This document shows positions 13,046 to 25,054 of a stretch of DNA of 64,000 nt, piece by piece; the stretch's first letter is position 1; each line of letters starts with the position of its first letter. The notes beneath the pieces are model-generated. The model was not told where the DNA came from. It ran no database searches and saw only the letters and a list, made by a program, of their open reading frames with translations. This DNA is from Torpedo marmorata (taxonomy: Eukaryota): the NCBI GenBank assembly GCA_977017645.1, contig OZ360223.1:185938001-186002000 (forward strand), given 5' to 3'. Both the position numbers and the translations under genes were made by a program.

Positions 13046-13198
13046 GCGGCTCGGGCGAACGGGGAGAGAGCGGCAGCGCGGCTTGGGCGAGCGGGGAGAG
13101 AGCGGCAGCGCGGCTCGGGCGGGCGAGCGGGGAGAGAGCGGCAGCGTGGCTCGGGCGGGCGAGCGGGGAGAGAGCGCGGCTCGGGCGGGCGAGTGGGG
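13046..13198. repeat. CpG-rich minisatellite, about 4.7 copies of a 30-36 bp unit GCGGCTCGGGC(GGGC)GAGCGGGGAGAGAGCGGCAGC
   Basis: Directly visible; explains the spurious repetitive ORFs at 12960-13274. Confidence 0.95.
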
Positions 13199-16100
13199 TA
13201 TTCAATTCAAATTCTGAGAATGCCACAATGCAATTTATTATAAAGTTGCAGTAACTCATGGCAAAAAATGACAATTTATAAATAAATAATCATTGCTATC
13301 CTTTCCTTCAATGAGTAACCTGTGGACAAATGTCTCTTTTGTAAAACTGATTCCCTGTAGCCACCCTTGAGCACGGTGGGTAAAAAAAAAAAGCAACTTT
13401 TTTTCAAATTGTGACGTCATGTCACACCCGAAAAAACTTTCGGATATTTGGAATTCCGGTTGATCGGGTTTCGGTTATTCGGAAGTACACTATACTTGTA
13501 TTACAAATGGAATCAGATACTGTTTTATTGATGCTCCTTCACAGATCCTTATTGTCACAAATAGCACTTGTCAAATGAGTTGACCCATTTTTTCCCCACA
13601 AATTTAATGATTTGTCTTAAGGTTGTACAAGCAGTTTTTCATTTAAAGAACATATACTTAATTACAATAATTTATATCTGTAAATTATAATTTGTATCCT
13701 GGATATAAATGTGTCATGGGCATCTTGGACATAATTTAGAACATTTTGTTTGTATTTTTTGTTAATTGCCCTCTTATCAAACATTCCTCCTTTTCAAACC
13801 TTCAAAAGTAGATCTGAATTGAACTGCAGATAAAATTAGAACCACTGATTCTAATTTAAGTTATAATGCTATTTCAAAAAAAGTGGGGTTTGCATTCAGT
13901 AGTCATTGACATTTTCACTCTTTATGCAAACTTTTTCAAATTCTTCTGGTGTATCAAGGGTTATATTTCTATTACACTTTTCTGGGGGAGGCATTCATAC
14001 AAGCTGAGGCTAGTCAAACCTTAATGGGTTGGGATTTCCCCCCCCCCCCCCTCTCCATTTCTTAGCAGCTTCATCTAACATCTGAGAATAGACTCTTTGT
14101 ATTCTGATGCCTTCTAACAAGACGTTCATTGTCTTAAGCCTTTGCCAAGAGAACGCGAGCCACTGCACAGCCTTTATTGTGCAGACTTTTATTGTATTTG
14201 AACTTGATGAGGGCTGCATTTGAATTGTAGTCAGACAGTTCATCTGCAGTTTTGCATAGGCTGAGAACTAGCCAGAAATTGCTGTGTTTCTCTAATTACC
14301 TCTTTAGATAAGATGAGGTGGCGGGGAGATTGTGGAGATGGGGTGGGATGAGGGTGGTGTCGTTTGTGAGATTTGAATATGAGAAGATATTAGAAAGGGA
14401 GAGTTAATTGAAATTTATCATATAGTATGACAAACAATGTGACTTAATTATTATGGGAACGTATTGACTTGCATTCTGATCAGACTCTTGCACTAAAGAA
14501 TAGTGATGTATTGCAGGTTTATGGAACACATTGCAACTATTCTCCCATCATTTTATTATCCAGCATTCCTTCACCCTGACAATCCATCCCACACACTTAA
14601 AGTATTAAGACCTCATTGAATGAATATAGAACACATTTTATGAACATCTTTAAGTTATTTTGATGAATACATAATTGATAACATTTATATATCAGAGCTT
14701 GGCTCTGCTGCAGGATGTGCTTGAAGTATTATTGGCGCCTATGAAATCTTTTAATATTCAATTTTTCTTCCTGAGCTCCCTACCACCTTACATTTTGGCA
14801 AAATATAAACTACGAAATGTTGCACCAATTGATGCCACAAGAAGCATTAGCAGCAATATAATTGCTGACCCTGTTCTATATTCTTCTGTGGGACTCGGGG
14901 CATGATGGTGTGTGTGAGGGGAGCAAGAGGGGAGACGGGTGATAAATTTGATAAGGTTGTAACAGCTGCGTGTCATTTAGTTTCTGTTAACTCATTCAAG
15001 CTTGATGCTGATAAAGTGTCAGTGTTTAGTACATGTAAACCACCAGTAGCTAAAGAATTTAGAGTTGCAAAGTACAATGCATATGGATTTAAATGTGATA
15101 AATTAACTTCAATTGGCAATGTATTTTCAAAGAATAACCCATCTGTCACTGGGTACAGATTTGATGTGATACTATTAATGCATTTTACATTACTAGTTTT
15201 TGAAGTTGAGCATAAATTGTCCACTTGCTTGACATGATTCTCTTTGGATAAGATGTGACTGAGTATTCCATACCAAAATAGGTTTTAATAACCTCTTACC
15301 TGCTATCTCTTGATATAGTTCAATTCAAAACATGATAAGTAAGGAACAACATAAAAAAATGCAAATTAAAATGAAGGAATAAAGAATTGTTTGTATATTT
15401 AAAAAATATATTTACATATACACACAGAATGCATTTTTGTACATACAAAGAGTGAAAATATTGTTTGGTTTCCATTGAAATTTTATTTATCAATTATTTA
15501 TTGTTAAAAGCACTTCATGGAAATCGACTAAAATTTAATTTTTCCAAATGACCTGAGATTTATCAAAGTAGTTTCTTTATGTTCAAAGAAAGGGGGATTC
15601 TCAGAACTGTCAGCATTAGAAAATGATTAAATGCCATACTTAGGTCTAAATCAAAGAATCCAGCACTAAGGCTTTTAGCAGCTCCATCTGTTTAGACAGC
15701 AGCAACATTGACTAGTGAGCTGCTTTTTAACTTCTTCCAGTGAACTAAAACAGGATCATGATGCAGTCCGGGTCCTGATTTATTCAGCATTGTATGTGTT
15801 TAAAAAGCAGCACTTGGGCAGATGGAACTGCTAAATGCCTTGTCCTTTGATTTAGAGTTGGGCAGATACTTCTGCGTGTACAGCTTGATGGTGGCAGTCA
15901 GAACAATCAATACAGTGTAAAACACAATCAACAGAAGAAATGTAAAAGAGCCTCTACTTGGTCTGTAAAGCACAACGCTTGGAGACTTGGACATGAAAAG
16001 ATGTCTTGGCATCCCACAATGCAGCGCAGTGCCCGCAGCTGCTGGCATTTGGGAAGAGAGCATTGGTACATTGTGTTTCATGTACTCCAGAAGACTTCAA

Positions 16101-16459
16101 AATTAAGGATTGCTTTACAGATTTTCAGTAGGCTGCAAGAGCAAAACTTGAGTCCTTTATTAGCATTAACTCTTTCCTACCTATTCTGCTGGTTAGGATT
16201 TACTCTTGAAGATTACTCAAAATAATGCTGGACATTCACACTAGAAAGTTCTGCATCATTTCAAAAGGTATCATGAGGTGAGTTTCTGATTTTACCCTAT
16301 CACTGTTGGGAGAGAAAAAAAATTAAGGACTTGCTATGGACCCTCTTCCATTTGTGCTACTTTTTGACTTAAGAATGTAAGAAATAGAAGAAGGAATAGG
16401 GAAATAGCCAAATCATGCTTTTCCTCCATTCATAAAGACCATCAATTGAAACCATTATG

Positions 16460-17400
16460 ACCATTCATTAATTGTGTTTTAAAGAGGTAACCACAAGGAT
16501 TGATGAGAGCAGGGCAGTTGGACTTGTCCAGATGGTCTTTTGCAAGGCCTTTGATGTGGTCCTGCATGAATAGGTTAGTCTGGAAGGTCAGATCACATGA
16601 TTGAGCAAGCTGATTGGGTACAGAATTGGCTTGATGGGAGAACTCAAGGTGGTAGCGGAGGGTTGTTATTCAGATTGGAGGTCTATGTTCAGTGATGTGT
16701 CGCAGGCCCTGGTACTCGGTTCACTGTTGTTTTTCATGCACGTTGCTAATACAGATGAAAATGTACTTTGCATGGTTAGCAAGTTTCTGGGTGACTCCAA
16801 AATTGATGGCATAGTAGACAGTGAAGGTTATCTTAGATTACAACAGGATCTAGATGAACTAGGAAAGTGGGCCAAAGAGTGGCAGATGAAATTTAACTCA
16901 GACAAATGTGTGCTATTGCACACATTGCAGGTTAAACCAGAGCAAGACTTGCATGGTTAATGGTAGGGCTCTGGGGAGTGTAGAAAAAAGAGACTTGAGT
17001 GTATAGGTACACAGTGGTAATGCAGGTAGACAGGGTGGTAAAGAAGGCATTTCACACCTTGCCTTCATCGGTCAGGGCATTGAGCACAGAAGTTGGAGCA
17101 TCATGTTACAACTGTACAAGACATTGGTGAGACCACATTTCAAGTATTGTGCACAGTTCTGATCACCCAGCAATAGAAAAATGTCTTTAAGCTGGAAAGA
17201 GTGCAGAAAGATTCATGAGAATCTTTACCATGACTGGTAATGACAATGACTGGTAATGACTGGTTATGGACAAGCTGGATAGGCTGGGTCATTCCTCTCT
17301 GGAGTGTGGAAGGCTGAGGGGTGAAAGAGGTAAATAGAAGCACGAGGAGTGTGGATAAGATGAATGGTCACAGACTTCCCAGGATAGGAGAATCTAAAAA
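16460..17400 (+). mobile_element. Degraded CR1 LINE RT/3' fragment
   Basis: ORF 16601-16960 with SDVSQALVLGSLLF (GVPQGSVLGP) and KFLGDSKI (KFADDTKI). Confidence 0.85.
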
Positions 17401-18972
17401 TCTATTTGTTTGGAGCTCCTTGTTCACTTGACACATGTAGTTCACTGTTTCCAGGAGGATTTCTGCATTTTCAGGCACACAATACATTTGTTTACTTTCT
17501 CTGCTATCTCCTTTTTTCACAATACAATTTTTACTTAGTTAGAACCTACATTAATCTGAGCTAATCTTTTTTATACTTTGCATATATCCTTATGAAATTA
17601 TGTTTTTTTCTGTTACTTACTAGTTTTGTATTCAATATTTTCTTTCCTGGTGTTACTTTGAATTCTGAGTTTTTTCTCAATCCTCAAAAAGCTTCTCTGG
17701 GCAATCCTAAGAGTATTTTCCTTTGATTGAATTCTATCTTTAACTTCTCTTGGTAGCCATGGCTGCCCATTTTTCCTGTTGGTTCTTTTTTTTCTTTAAA
17801 AGAGAAATATATTGTGTGCAAATTGTGCATTATTTGTTTAAATGTACTGTAAGTTATTGCCTGTTTCCCAATCTACCATAGCCAAATCATGCCTCCTGTC
17901 TTCATGGTTTGCTTTATTCAAATTTAAGCCCCTCCTTTCAAATTTCATCATGTTTTGATCAGTGTTCTCGAAAGAATCTCGATCCACCAGGTCATCAATA
18001 AGTCTTACTCAATTACAATTCTAAATCCAAAGTAGCATTTTCCTTCATTGGTTCCTAAAATATTGATCAAGAGTACCATCGAATATGGAACAGTATTGCA
18101 CAGGAACAGGTGCTCAGGCCCACGTGTCTGTGCCCAACATGATCTCCAAACCAAACCAAAACTCTGCTGCCTGCTCTCCTTCATATTCATGTGTCTATCC
18201 AGAAGCCTTTTAAATGGTACCATTGTATCTGCTTCCACTGTTACTCCTGGCAGCTATTTCCAGGCACCCACCACTGTTTAAAAAAAATTGTCCCTTAAAC
18301 CTCCTCTCCCTCACCGTAAATGCATGTCCTCCAGTGAGTGACAATTTTACCTCGGGGAGAAAAGATTCTGACTCCCCATCCTATCGATGCCTCTCATCAT
18401 TTTATTAACTTTTATAAGGTTACCCTCAGTCTCCTACGCTCCAGAGAAAATGACCTGAGTTTGTCCAACCTTTCCCCATAACTCATACCCTCTGAACCAG
18501 TCAATGTCCTGGGAAACCTCTTCTGTACCGCTTTCAAATGCTCCATATCCTTCCTGTAATGGGATGACCAGAGTTGAGCACAGTGTTCCAAATGTGGCCG
18601 AATCAAAATTTTATATAGCAGCAACATGATTTCCTTACTTTTGTACTCATTTCAGTGGGCTATGGAAACTTGCAGATCCCTTTGTACGTCAGTGCTTTTA
18701 AGAGTACTGCCATTAACTGTGCACGTTCCCCTTATATTTGACCTGCCATGGCGTAAGACCTTCAACTTGTCTGGATTAAACCTCATATTCCGTTTCCCTG
18801 CCCAAATCTGTAACTGATCAATATCCTGTTGTATTCTTTGAGTCTAAACTTTCCACAACTCCACCATTCTTAGTATTCTGTCCTCGGTGAGTGTTTCACC
18901 TACAGTATAAAATACAGTCCATGATATGACACTTAGTGTCATCTACGAACTTACTAACCCACCCACCTACTT

Positions 18973-19103
18973 NNNNNNNNNNNNNNNNNNNNNNNNNNNN
19001 NNNNNNNNNNNNNNNNNNNNNNNNNNNNNNNNNNNNNNNNNNNNNNNNNNNNNNNNNNNNNNNNNNNNNNNNNNNNNNNNNNNNNNNNNNNNNNNNNNNN
19101 NNN
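18973..19103. other. Assembly gap (131 N)
   Basis: N run adjacent to a TA-rich microsatellite. Confidence 1.
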
Positions 19104-19182
19104 NATATATATAGATATAGATAGATGTATAGATATAGAGATACAGTATATATTTTTATATATATATAGATATATACACACA

Positions 19183-19505
19183 CAGGTGCTCCCCTACTTA
19201 CGATGGTCCGACTTACGATTTTTCGATGTTACGATGGTTGGAATACGTACTTTCAATTTTGAATTCCGATCTGTTCCCGCGCTTGCAATATGTGGTATGC
19301 GAATCACCATCTAGCAATTAATTTTAGTTCAATGCTTCAAACATTTTTCATGCCCAGTGTGCTTTCAGCTGTGTACATTAATGGTTTTTACAGTGTGGAA
19401 TAAAGGTATTCAAAATTTAATTATAAAATATGGTAGGTGCGGTATTCTTTTTCGACTTACGATGGGTTTACCGGAATGTTACTCCATCGTAAGTTGAGGA
19501 GCACC

Positions 19506-19507
<2 letters not shown>
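19183..19507 (-). mobile_element. Tigger/pogo MITE, MER47/Tigger5-like
   Basis: TIRs CAGGTGCTCCCCTACTTACGATGG / CCATCGTAAGTTGAGGAGCACCTG; repeated ACTTACGAT subterminal motifs; TA/CA microsatellites on both sides. Confidence 0.85.

Positions 19508-19564
<57 letters not shown>
19508..19564. repeat. (TG)n(TA)n microsatellite; a matching TA/GA/CA tract lies at 19104-19182
   Basis: Directly visible. Confidence 0.95.
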
Positions 19565-19567
<3 letters not shown>

Positions 19568-20944
19568 AAACAACCGGGGTCCGGACACCAATCCCTGTGA
19601 CCTTCAACCAAAATAACACTCTGTCTTCTCTGGGCCAGCCAATATGTTATCTAAAATATCCTGTGAGGATGTTGGTTTACCTCCAGTTCAGGTGTGACTT
19701 GTTCCTCTTGTACTGGTCATATATGCCCTAGAAGAGAACACAATGATCCATAGAGCTGAATCCCTCCCTCTTGCAGCAGCTCCTTATCCATGCATTAAAC
19801 TATACTATCTTCCAATTTCATGCTTCACAATAGTGTCTCAAACACCATTTGATTGCGTCCTCCACATCATTACGGCTTATTTGGTTTGTAAGTTAATTTT
19901 ATAATTGTTTAACCCTTACTGCATGGCTTAAATGTTTTTATTAACACTATGTCCATTATCCCTTACTACTTCTGCTTGGAGCTTGGAGACAACTCTCACC
20001 AATATTTTCTGTCGTTTGCCATTTCTTAGCTCCACCTAAACTCTTTTTACTTGATTTTGTTCTCTGTTGCCTTTATCATATTCTTTAATACCAATGCTAA
20101 CAGTCCTCCTTTTCCACTTAGCTTATCTCTTCTAAAAGTTGTACCTTGGAATATTTATTTCCGAACCTTGTTCACTTTATAACCAAGCTTCTGTGATGTG
20201 CTATTAGATTTTTACACATTTTCATTTGTGACATGCTTACACCTACCTTTCTATGAATGCTGCATGATGCTGCATGCATTCAGTTAAAGAGCTTTCAGTT
20301 TGGCCTTTGTAACATTTTGTTCTCTGATTATAATTGGAGTTATATTTTTAAGTTTAAGTGCATTGTCATTTTTTTTATATAGACTCCGTTTACTCATTTG
20401 CTGATTGCACAATGTTCTTTCTCTTTATCTTTCAAAATTTTCCCTTGCGAGAGCCCACCCCATGCTAATTACTTGTGGGTTAAAGGTCTGGAACTGAGTT
20501 ATTTGCCTTTGGTGAAAAAGAGAGGTACAGATAGCATGAACAAATTCTGTCAGAGAATTGCATTAGAAAAATCAAACAACAAATTTAAGCAGAGTTAATT
20601 TAGTCTTGTACTAACATTGTATATAATTTATACCTTATTTTTGCTCCATGCATATTAGATTATGAACTGGAGGCAATTTGAAAGAAATTAGAGGTCTACA
20701 TTCCTTCTGAGTTTGATCGAGGTGATTACATACGCACACGCACACACACACACACACCTCTTCATAACTGAAAAACTTATTTGTAGTATTAAGTCACTTT
20801 TGAGAGTAATACAGGAACGAGCATGTTTACTTAAAAGCTCAAAAGGGAGAGCTAAAATTTAGAAGCCAAAAAGGTTGGAAACTGAGATGAACAAAATCAA
20901 AGTTAGTTGCAATCATTTTATACAGTTGTTTAATTAACAAAAAT

Positions 20945-21145
20945 AAGAAAGGGAGTTTTTCCTTGTGACCTGGCTAACATTTCTTCTTTAACTAAGATCA
21001 TGAGAATAGATTATGTAGCCATTCTATCATTGCTCTATGTAGGAGATTAGTACTGTATGTTCAAATTGATGGTTATATTTCCAAAATTATAATCGTGCCT
21101 ACACTTTAAATGTATTTTGAGATCTAGCAAGATTCTGAATACAGG
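20945..21145 (+). mobile_element. Ancient Deu-SINE-like (SacSINE1/AmnSINE-type) 3' half
   Basis: GGGAGTTTTTCCTTGTGACCTGGCTAACATTT...AGATTATGTAGCCATT..TCATTGCT..CAAATTG..CTACACTTTAAA tracks the recalled consensus; heavily diverged. Confidence 0.5.
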
Positions 21146-21584
21146 TACATCCAAAAACTTGTTACAGTAAATGACAGAAGAGTATTATTTCAATATGTAA
21201 TATATATTAGGATGCCAAAGAATTCATTAAAACCAAGTGTGAATAACTAATGTCTGGCAAAAGAGGAGAAAGTAGAATAAATAAACAACAAAGAAGACCT
21301 GAGATATTTGAAAAACAAAAGCTTGATCAAAGTACTTGATCATTAATTCATTCCACTGTCTATGCAAAGAAGATTGTTTAATGGCATGTTGTTAAGTGTA
21401 AAATAATATTAGTACATAAATGTATACATTTAAAATACTTATCTCCATAAAACAAAATTAGTTTGGAATCAATGTTTATAATTTTTTGACTTAATTGACA
21501 CATTGGTATCAATTTCTCAACTCAACTCTGTCAACCTCTCTACTATCTTTGAATTGTGAGATGCTTGTCAGATATCCAGGACAA

Positions 21585-22600
21585 GATAGAACATAGAACA
21601 TTACAGCACAGTACAGGCCCTTCGACGCACAATGTTGTGCCGACCCATATATACCTACCAAAAAAAAAACGAAACCCTCTCTACCTCATAACCTTCTATT
21701 TTTCTTTCATCCATGTGCCTGTCTAAAAGACTCTTAAATGCCCCTATTGCTTCAGCCTCCACCACCATCCCTAGCAATGCCTTTCAGGTACCCACATCTC
21801 TCTGTGGAAAAAAAAACACTCCTGATGTCTCCCCTATACTTTCCTCCCTTCACTTTGTACAGATGTCCTCTGGTGTTTGCTACTCCTGCTCTAGGAAAAA
21901 GGTGGTGGCTGTCCACCTTATCTATGCCTTTCATAATCTATTAAGTCACCTCTCATCCTTCTTCGCTCCAAAGAGAAAAGACCTAGCTCTGCTAACTTTG
22001 CCTCATGACTTATTTTCTAATCCAAGCAACATCCTGGTAAATCTCCTTTGCACCCTCTCCATAGCTTCCACATCCTTCCTATAATGAGGTGACCAGAATT
22101 GAACACAATATTCGAAGTGTGGTCTCTTCAGAGATTTATAGGGGTGCAACATTACCTCATGACTCCTGACTCAATCCCCGACTAACGAAGCCCAGCATAC
22201 CATAGGCCTTCTTAACTGTCCTATCAACCTGCGCCACAACTTTGAGAGATCTATGGATATGGACCACACTTTTAAGTACCATACCATTAATCATGTCCTC
22301 TGCCTTCAAGTTTGACCTTCCAAAATGCATCATCTCACACTTATCCAGATTGAACTTCATTTGCCACTTTTTTGCCCAACTCTGCATCCTGTCCATATCC
22401 TGTTGTAACCTACGACAAGCTTCAGCACTATCCACAACATCTCGAACCTTCGTATTGTTACAAAATCAAACCAGCAACGACAGAAGACGCAATGCAAAAG
22501 GGGTAAAATTGAAATTTATATTTATTAAAGACAATTAAACATATAATTTCACAACAATTAACCCCACTATAAACGTCTATAAACACTATTCTTATCTAAA

Positions 22601-22637
<37 letters not shown>

Positions 22638-23445
22638 GCCCAGACCATTACAGTCTGTGCCCAACCCTTATGTAAAAATGGAAAAACTTTCCCCAAAAAA
22701 CCCCAGGTCAGTCATAAAAACAAGTCAGTCAAATAAAGAATAATACAGTCCACAAAAATTCACTCTCTAAGTTCAGGTTTCAAATTCAGCTCTGTGTGCT
22801 GGTAGAAGTACTTCTGAATGAACGTTGGAGAGAGACAATGACTGTTTATGCTTACAAATACTTGGCTTGTTTTTCTTCTCTGATGACGTTCCCTTCTTGT
22901 GTTTTCATAAGGATTGCGAATTCAGATCAGTATACCACTGATTGAGGCGTGTGCTTGGATCTCACAGCTAGTCTCGCTGATCTCACGCCTGTTCTCCACA
23001 AAAGTTGCTTTTAACTCAAGATTTCTCTGAGACAGGAGGCCATGTGCTATTCTTCCAGCCTTTTCTCTGGGATGCACAAGCCTGGATTTGGCTGTGTTCT
23101 CTAGCCTTTGCAACTCCAAACTGTCTGCTTTTTGCAGAGGTCTGCACCTGCTTTTGCAAAAGTGCAACAAAGTATCTTTTCCACAGCCTGTCTCTCTCTC
23201 TCTCTCTCTCTCTCTGCTCTCTCTCTGGGTACACCAAGTCCTGGGCAAGTTAACTCTTTCAGTACCTGGCCCCAGTGTGTACTCCAAAAGACTTCATCCT
23301 TCCTGCTGATCGTCCGCAGTCCAAATGGTCAGTCATGGTCCATAACAGTATCATCTGCAAAATTACTGACCCATCCCTCTAGTTCTTCGAACAGGTCATT
23401 TATAAAAATCACAAAGAGCATGGGTCCCAGAACAGATCCCTGCTG
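21585..23445 (-). mobile_element. CR1 LINE 3' fragment split by a solo LTR
   Basis: ATAGAAC tail repeats at 21586-21600; ORFs 21752-21934 and 22157-22435 are CR1 ORF2; RT motif FADDT resumes after 23347. Same subfamily as 27018-27716. Confidence 0.9.
22456..23347 (-). mobile_element. Solo LTR (892 bp), Gypsy or ERV type
   Basis: TGTTA...TAACA termini; perfect 4-bp TSD GTAT (22452-22455, 23348-23351); minus-strand AATAAA at 22521-22526; internal (TG)n and (TC)n tracts. Confidence 0.85.
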
Positions 23446-23454
23446 AACTCTTGC

Positions 23455-23830
23455 TGCTCCACTTAAATCTGAGGTTTGAACAAACTGTCTATGCTATTAC
23501 CAAAACCATCTTCAACATCATTAACATTCTATTCATTTCAGCTCATCTGCTGAAAACTTCATTTTTGCCTCTCTTAACATTGAACTTGAAATATTCCAAT
23601 AGACTTATGCTAGGCTTCTCATTTTAAATGGTCCAAAACTAATTCAAATCTCTTCTGTTTGTACCCCAATGTACATGTGCAATGTCCATTTATTCAACAC
23701 ACTTGTGCTCACTAACTTGGCTCCTCAGTCTAGTTATTTTTGGATAAGCTTTGACCCTTTTACGTTCTCCTCTCCCATTGTCTATAAACCACTCTTCCTT
23801 CCCCCACCCCGACCCTGCTGGTCCTATAAC
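23455..23830 (+). mobile_element. Degraded L2-like LINE fragment
   Basis: CTGCTGAAAACTTCATTTTTGCC..ACTTGAAATATTCCAAT..TGCTAGGCTTC..TTGGCTCC resembles the L2 ORF2 C-terminal coding region. Confidence 0.45.
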
Positions 23831-25054
23831 CCTTGTAATATCTGAGCTTTCCCAGTACTGATAGTAGCATGTGAAAATAACGTTGGTGATAAACAGAATA
23901 TTTAGACGTAATGGATACATATGTTTTTTAATTAGCCTTTGATAATACTGATGTTAATTGTATTAAATATGTAATCTTAAACCTCTGACTTTATAATTTT
24001 CAGTGAAATCAAATGTCAAGAGGTGAGAACAGCAATGGGCAAGGCAACAGTACTAATTTTGCATGAGGAATCAAAGGCAAATTTCCACTCAATAGACCTT
24101 GAAATTTAAATGATATTTTTTGTTTCAACATTCCACATCTGAAAATCAATTGCAACCATTTCTGAGTTGAATTGTACAACTCCAGGGAACTTGCAGGAGA
24201 CTGCATGCTAATACAATTTCTGTTGCATGTGGGATGATGTAATTTCCTGTGCACACTTTTAGGGACATTGTGGGGTAAATTAGGTAAAGTTTTCCTGAGT
24301 CTGACTATTGTGTGTATTCCCAGGACAATGGACGTTTGTTACATAGAGCTAAATTAGAGCCCATGGAATGTCCCTCAGTTACCTCTGATAATTTACACTC
24401 CTGTCCCCATCCACTTTCCTATCCAACCTCTAACTTTTACACATAGAATGAACCCTGGCCCATTCATCTCTCTCCATAATCTTCCTTCAAAGTCCACATT
24501 TTTGACTGGCTTCCAAACTCTACCTCTTCAGCCCCAAACCTAATCACTCCTCCCAACAGTATGTTCCCACCCTTCCCACAGTGTCACTTACCAGAGCAAG
24601 CTCCGAAGACAACTAATCATTTTTTTATAATTGTCAGCTTTTTCCATCACAAACTGTCCCTCCTGAAATTGGCTTTTAACCCAGGTAACATCTTAGACTT
24701 GCATGGAACATTAAACATTATAGAACAGCAAAGGCCCTTTGGCCCACAATGCTGACCTGCATAAACCTACCTCACTTCTGTATACTTCTAGACTTCTGAA
24801 TCACTCAGGATTATTTACAGGGAAGTTGAGACCAGTACAAGCTGGATGGGTTGCACCTGAACTAGAACTGCTTCAGTATCGTTGTAGGACGAAGGCTGGA
24901 TGTGATTTGCTGGTGCTGTTTGAAAAGATTTCAACTAATTTGGTAGAGGAGCAGAACACAGAATTGGAGCACAGTAAGGAGTGAGGAACAGCTAAATATA
25001 GAAGGGAAACTAACTCTATCCAGGAGGCCGAACATACATTCACTTGATAAAGCA

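Larger units (their letters stand above)
12716..13492 (+). mobile_element. Non-autonomous Tigger/pogo element (Tigger4/MER46-like ends) carrying GC-rich tandem repeats
   Basis: TA flanks; imperfect TIRs CAGTACGTTTCTGAATATCTGAAA / TTTCGGTTATTCGGAAGTACACTA; subterminal GAAATGCTTGGGAC and TGTGACGTCATGTC...TTTCGGAT motifs recalled from Tigger4-type elements. Confidence 0.75.
18078..19830 (-). mobile_element. CR1 LINE fragment interrupted by the gap and a Tigger MITE
   Basis: ORF 18412-18627 (LIRPHLEHCAQLWSSHYRKD...) and VSKFVDDTK at about 18925-18955; CR1 sequence resumes at 19565 (CACAAACAACCGGGGTCC). Confidence 0.8.
16374..20330 (-). mobile_element. Old minus-strand CR1 fragmented by younger insertions (pieces about 16374-16445, 17410-18070, 19830-20330)
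   Basis: 3'-tail-like AAGAAATAGAAGAAGGAATAGG at 16379; 17700-17770 is the reverse complement of the motif at 39130-39200; endonuclease-region-like sequence resumes after 19830. Confidence 0.55.

Noticed and set aside
13046-13198. 30-36 bp repeats as a possible CRISPR array
   Set aside because: Head-to-tail repeats with no unique spacers, no cas genes, and a eukaryotic context.
12764-13274. Several overlapping Arg/Gly/Ala-rich ORFs
   Set aside because: Artefacts of GC-rich minisatellites inside a MITE.
14902-15237. Open frames on both strands (111 aa and 83 aa)
   Set aside because: No recognisable domain or convincing splice boundaries.
16129-16277. Possible exon ending at GAG|GTGAGT
   Set aside because: The one long frame stops at 16225 and has no recognisable product; no other support.
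18896-19183. ORFs spanning X residues
   Set aside because: Produced by the N gap and microsatellite.
22922-23446. Multiple 70-120 aa ORFs
   Set aside because: They lie in a solo LTR with a (TC)n tract; no gag or pol motifs.
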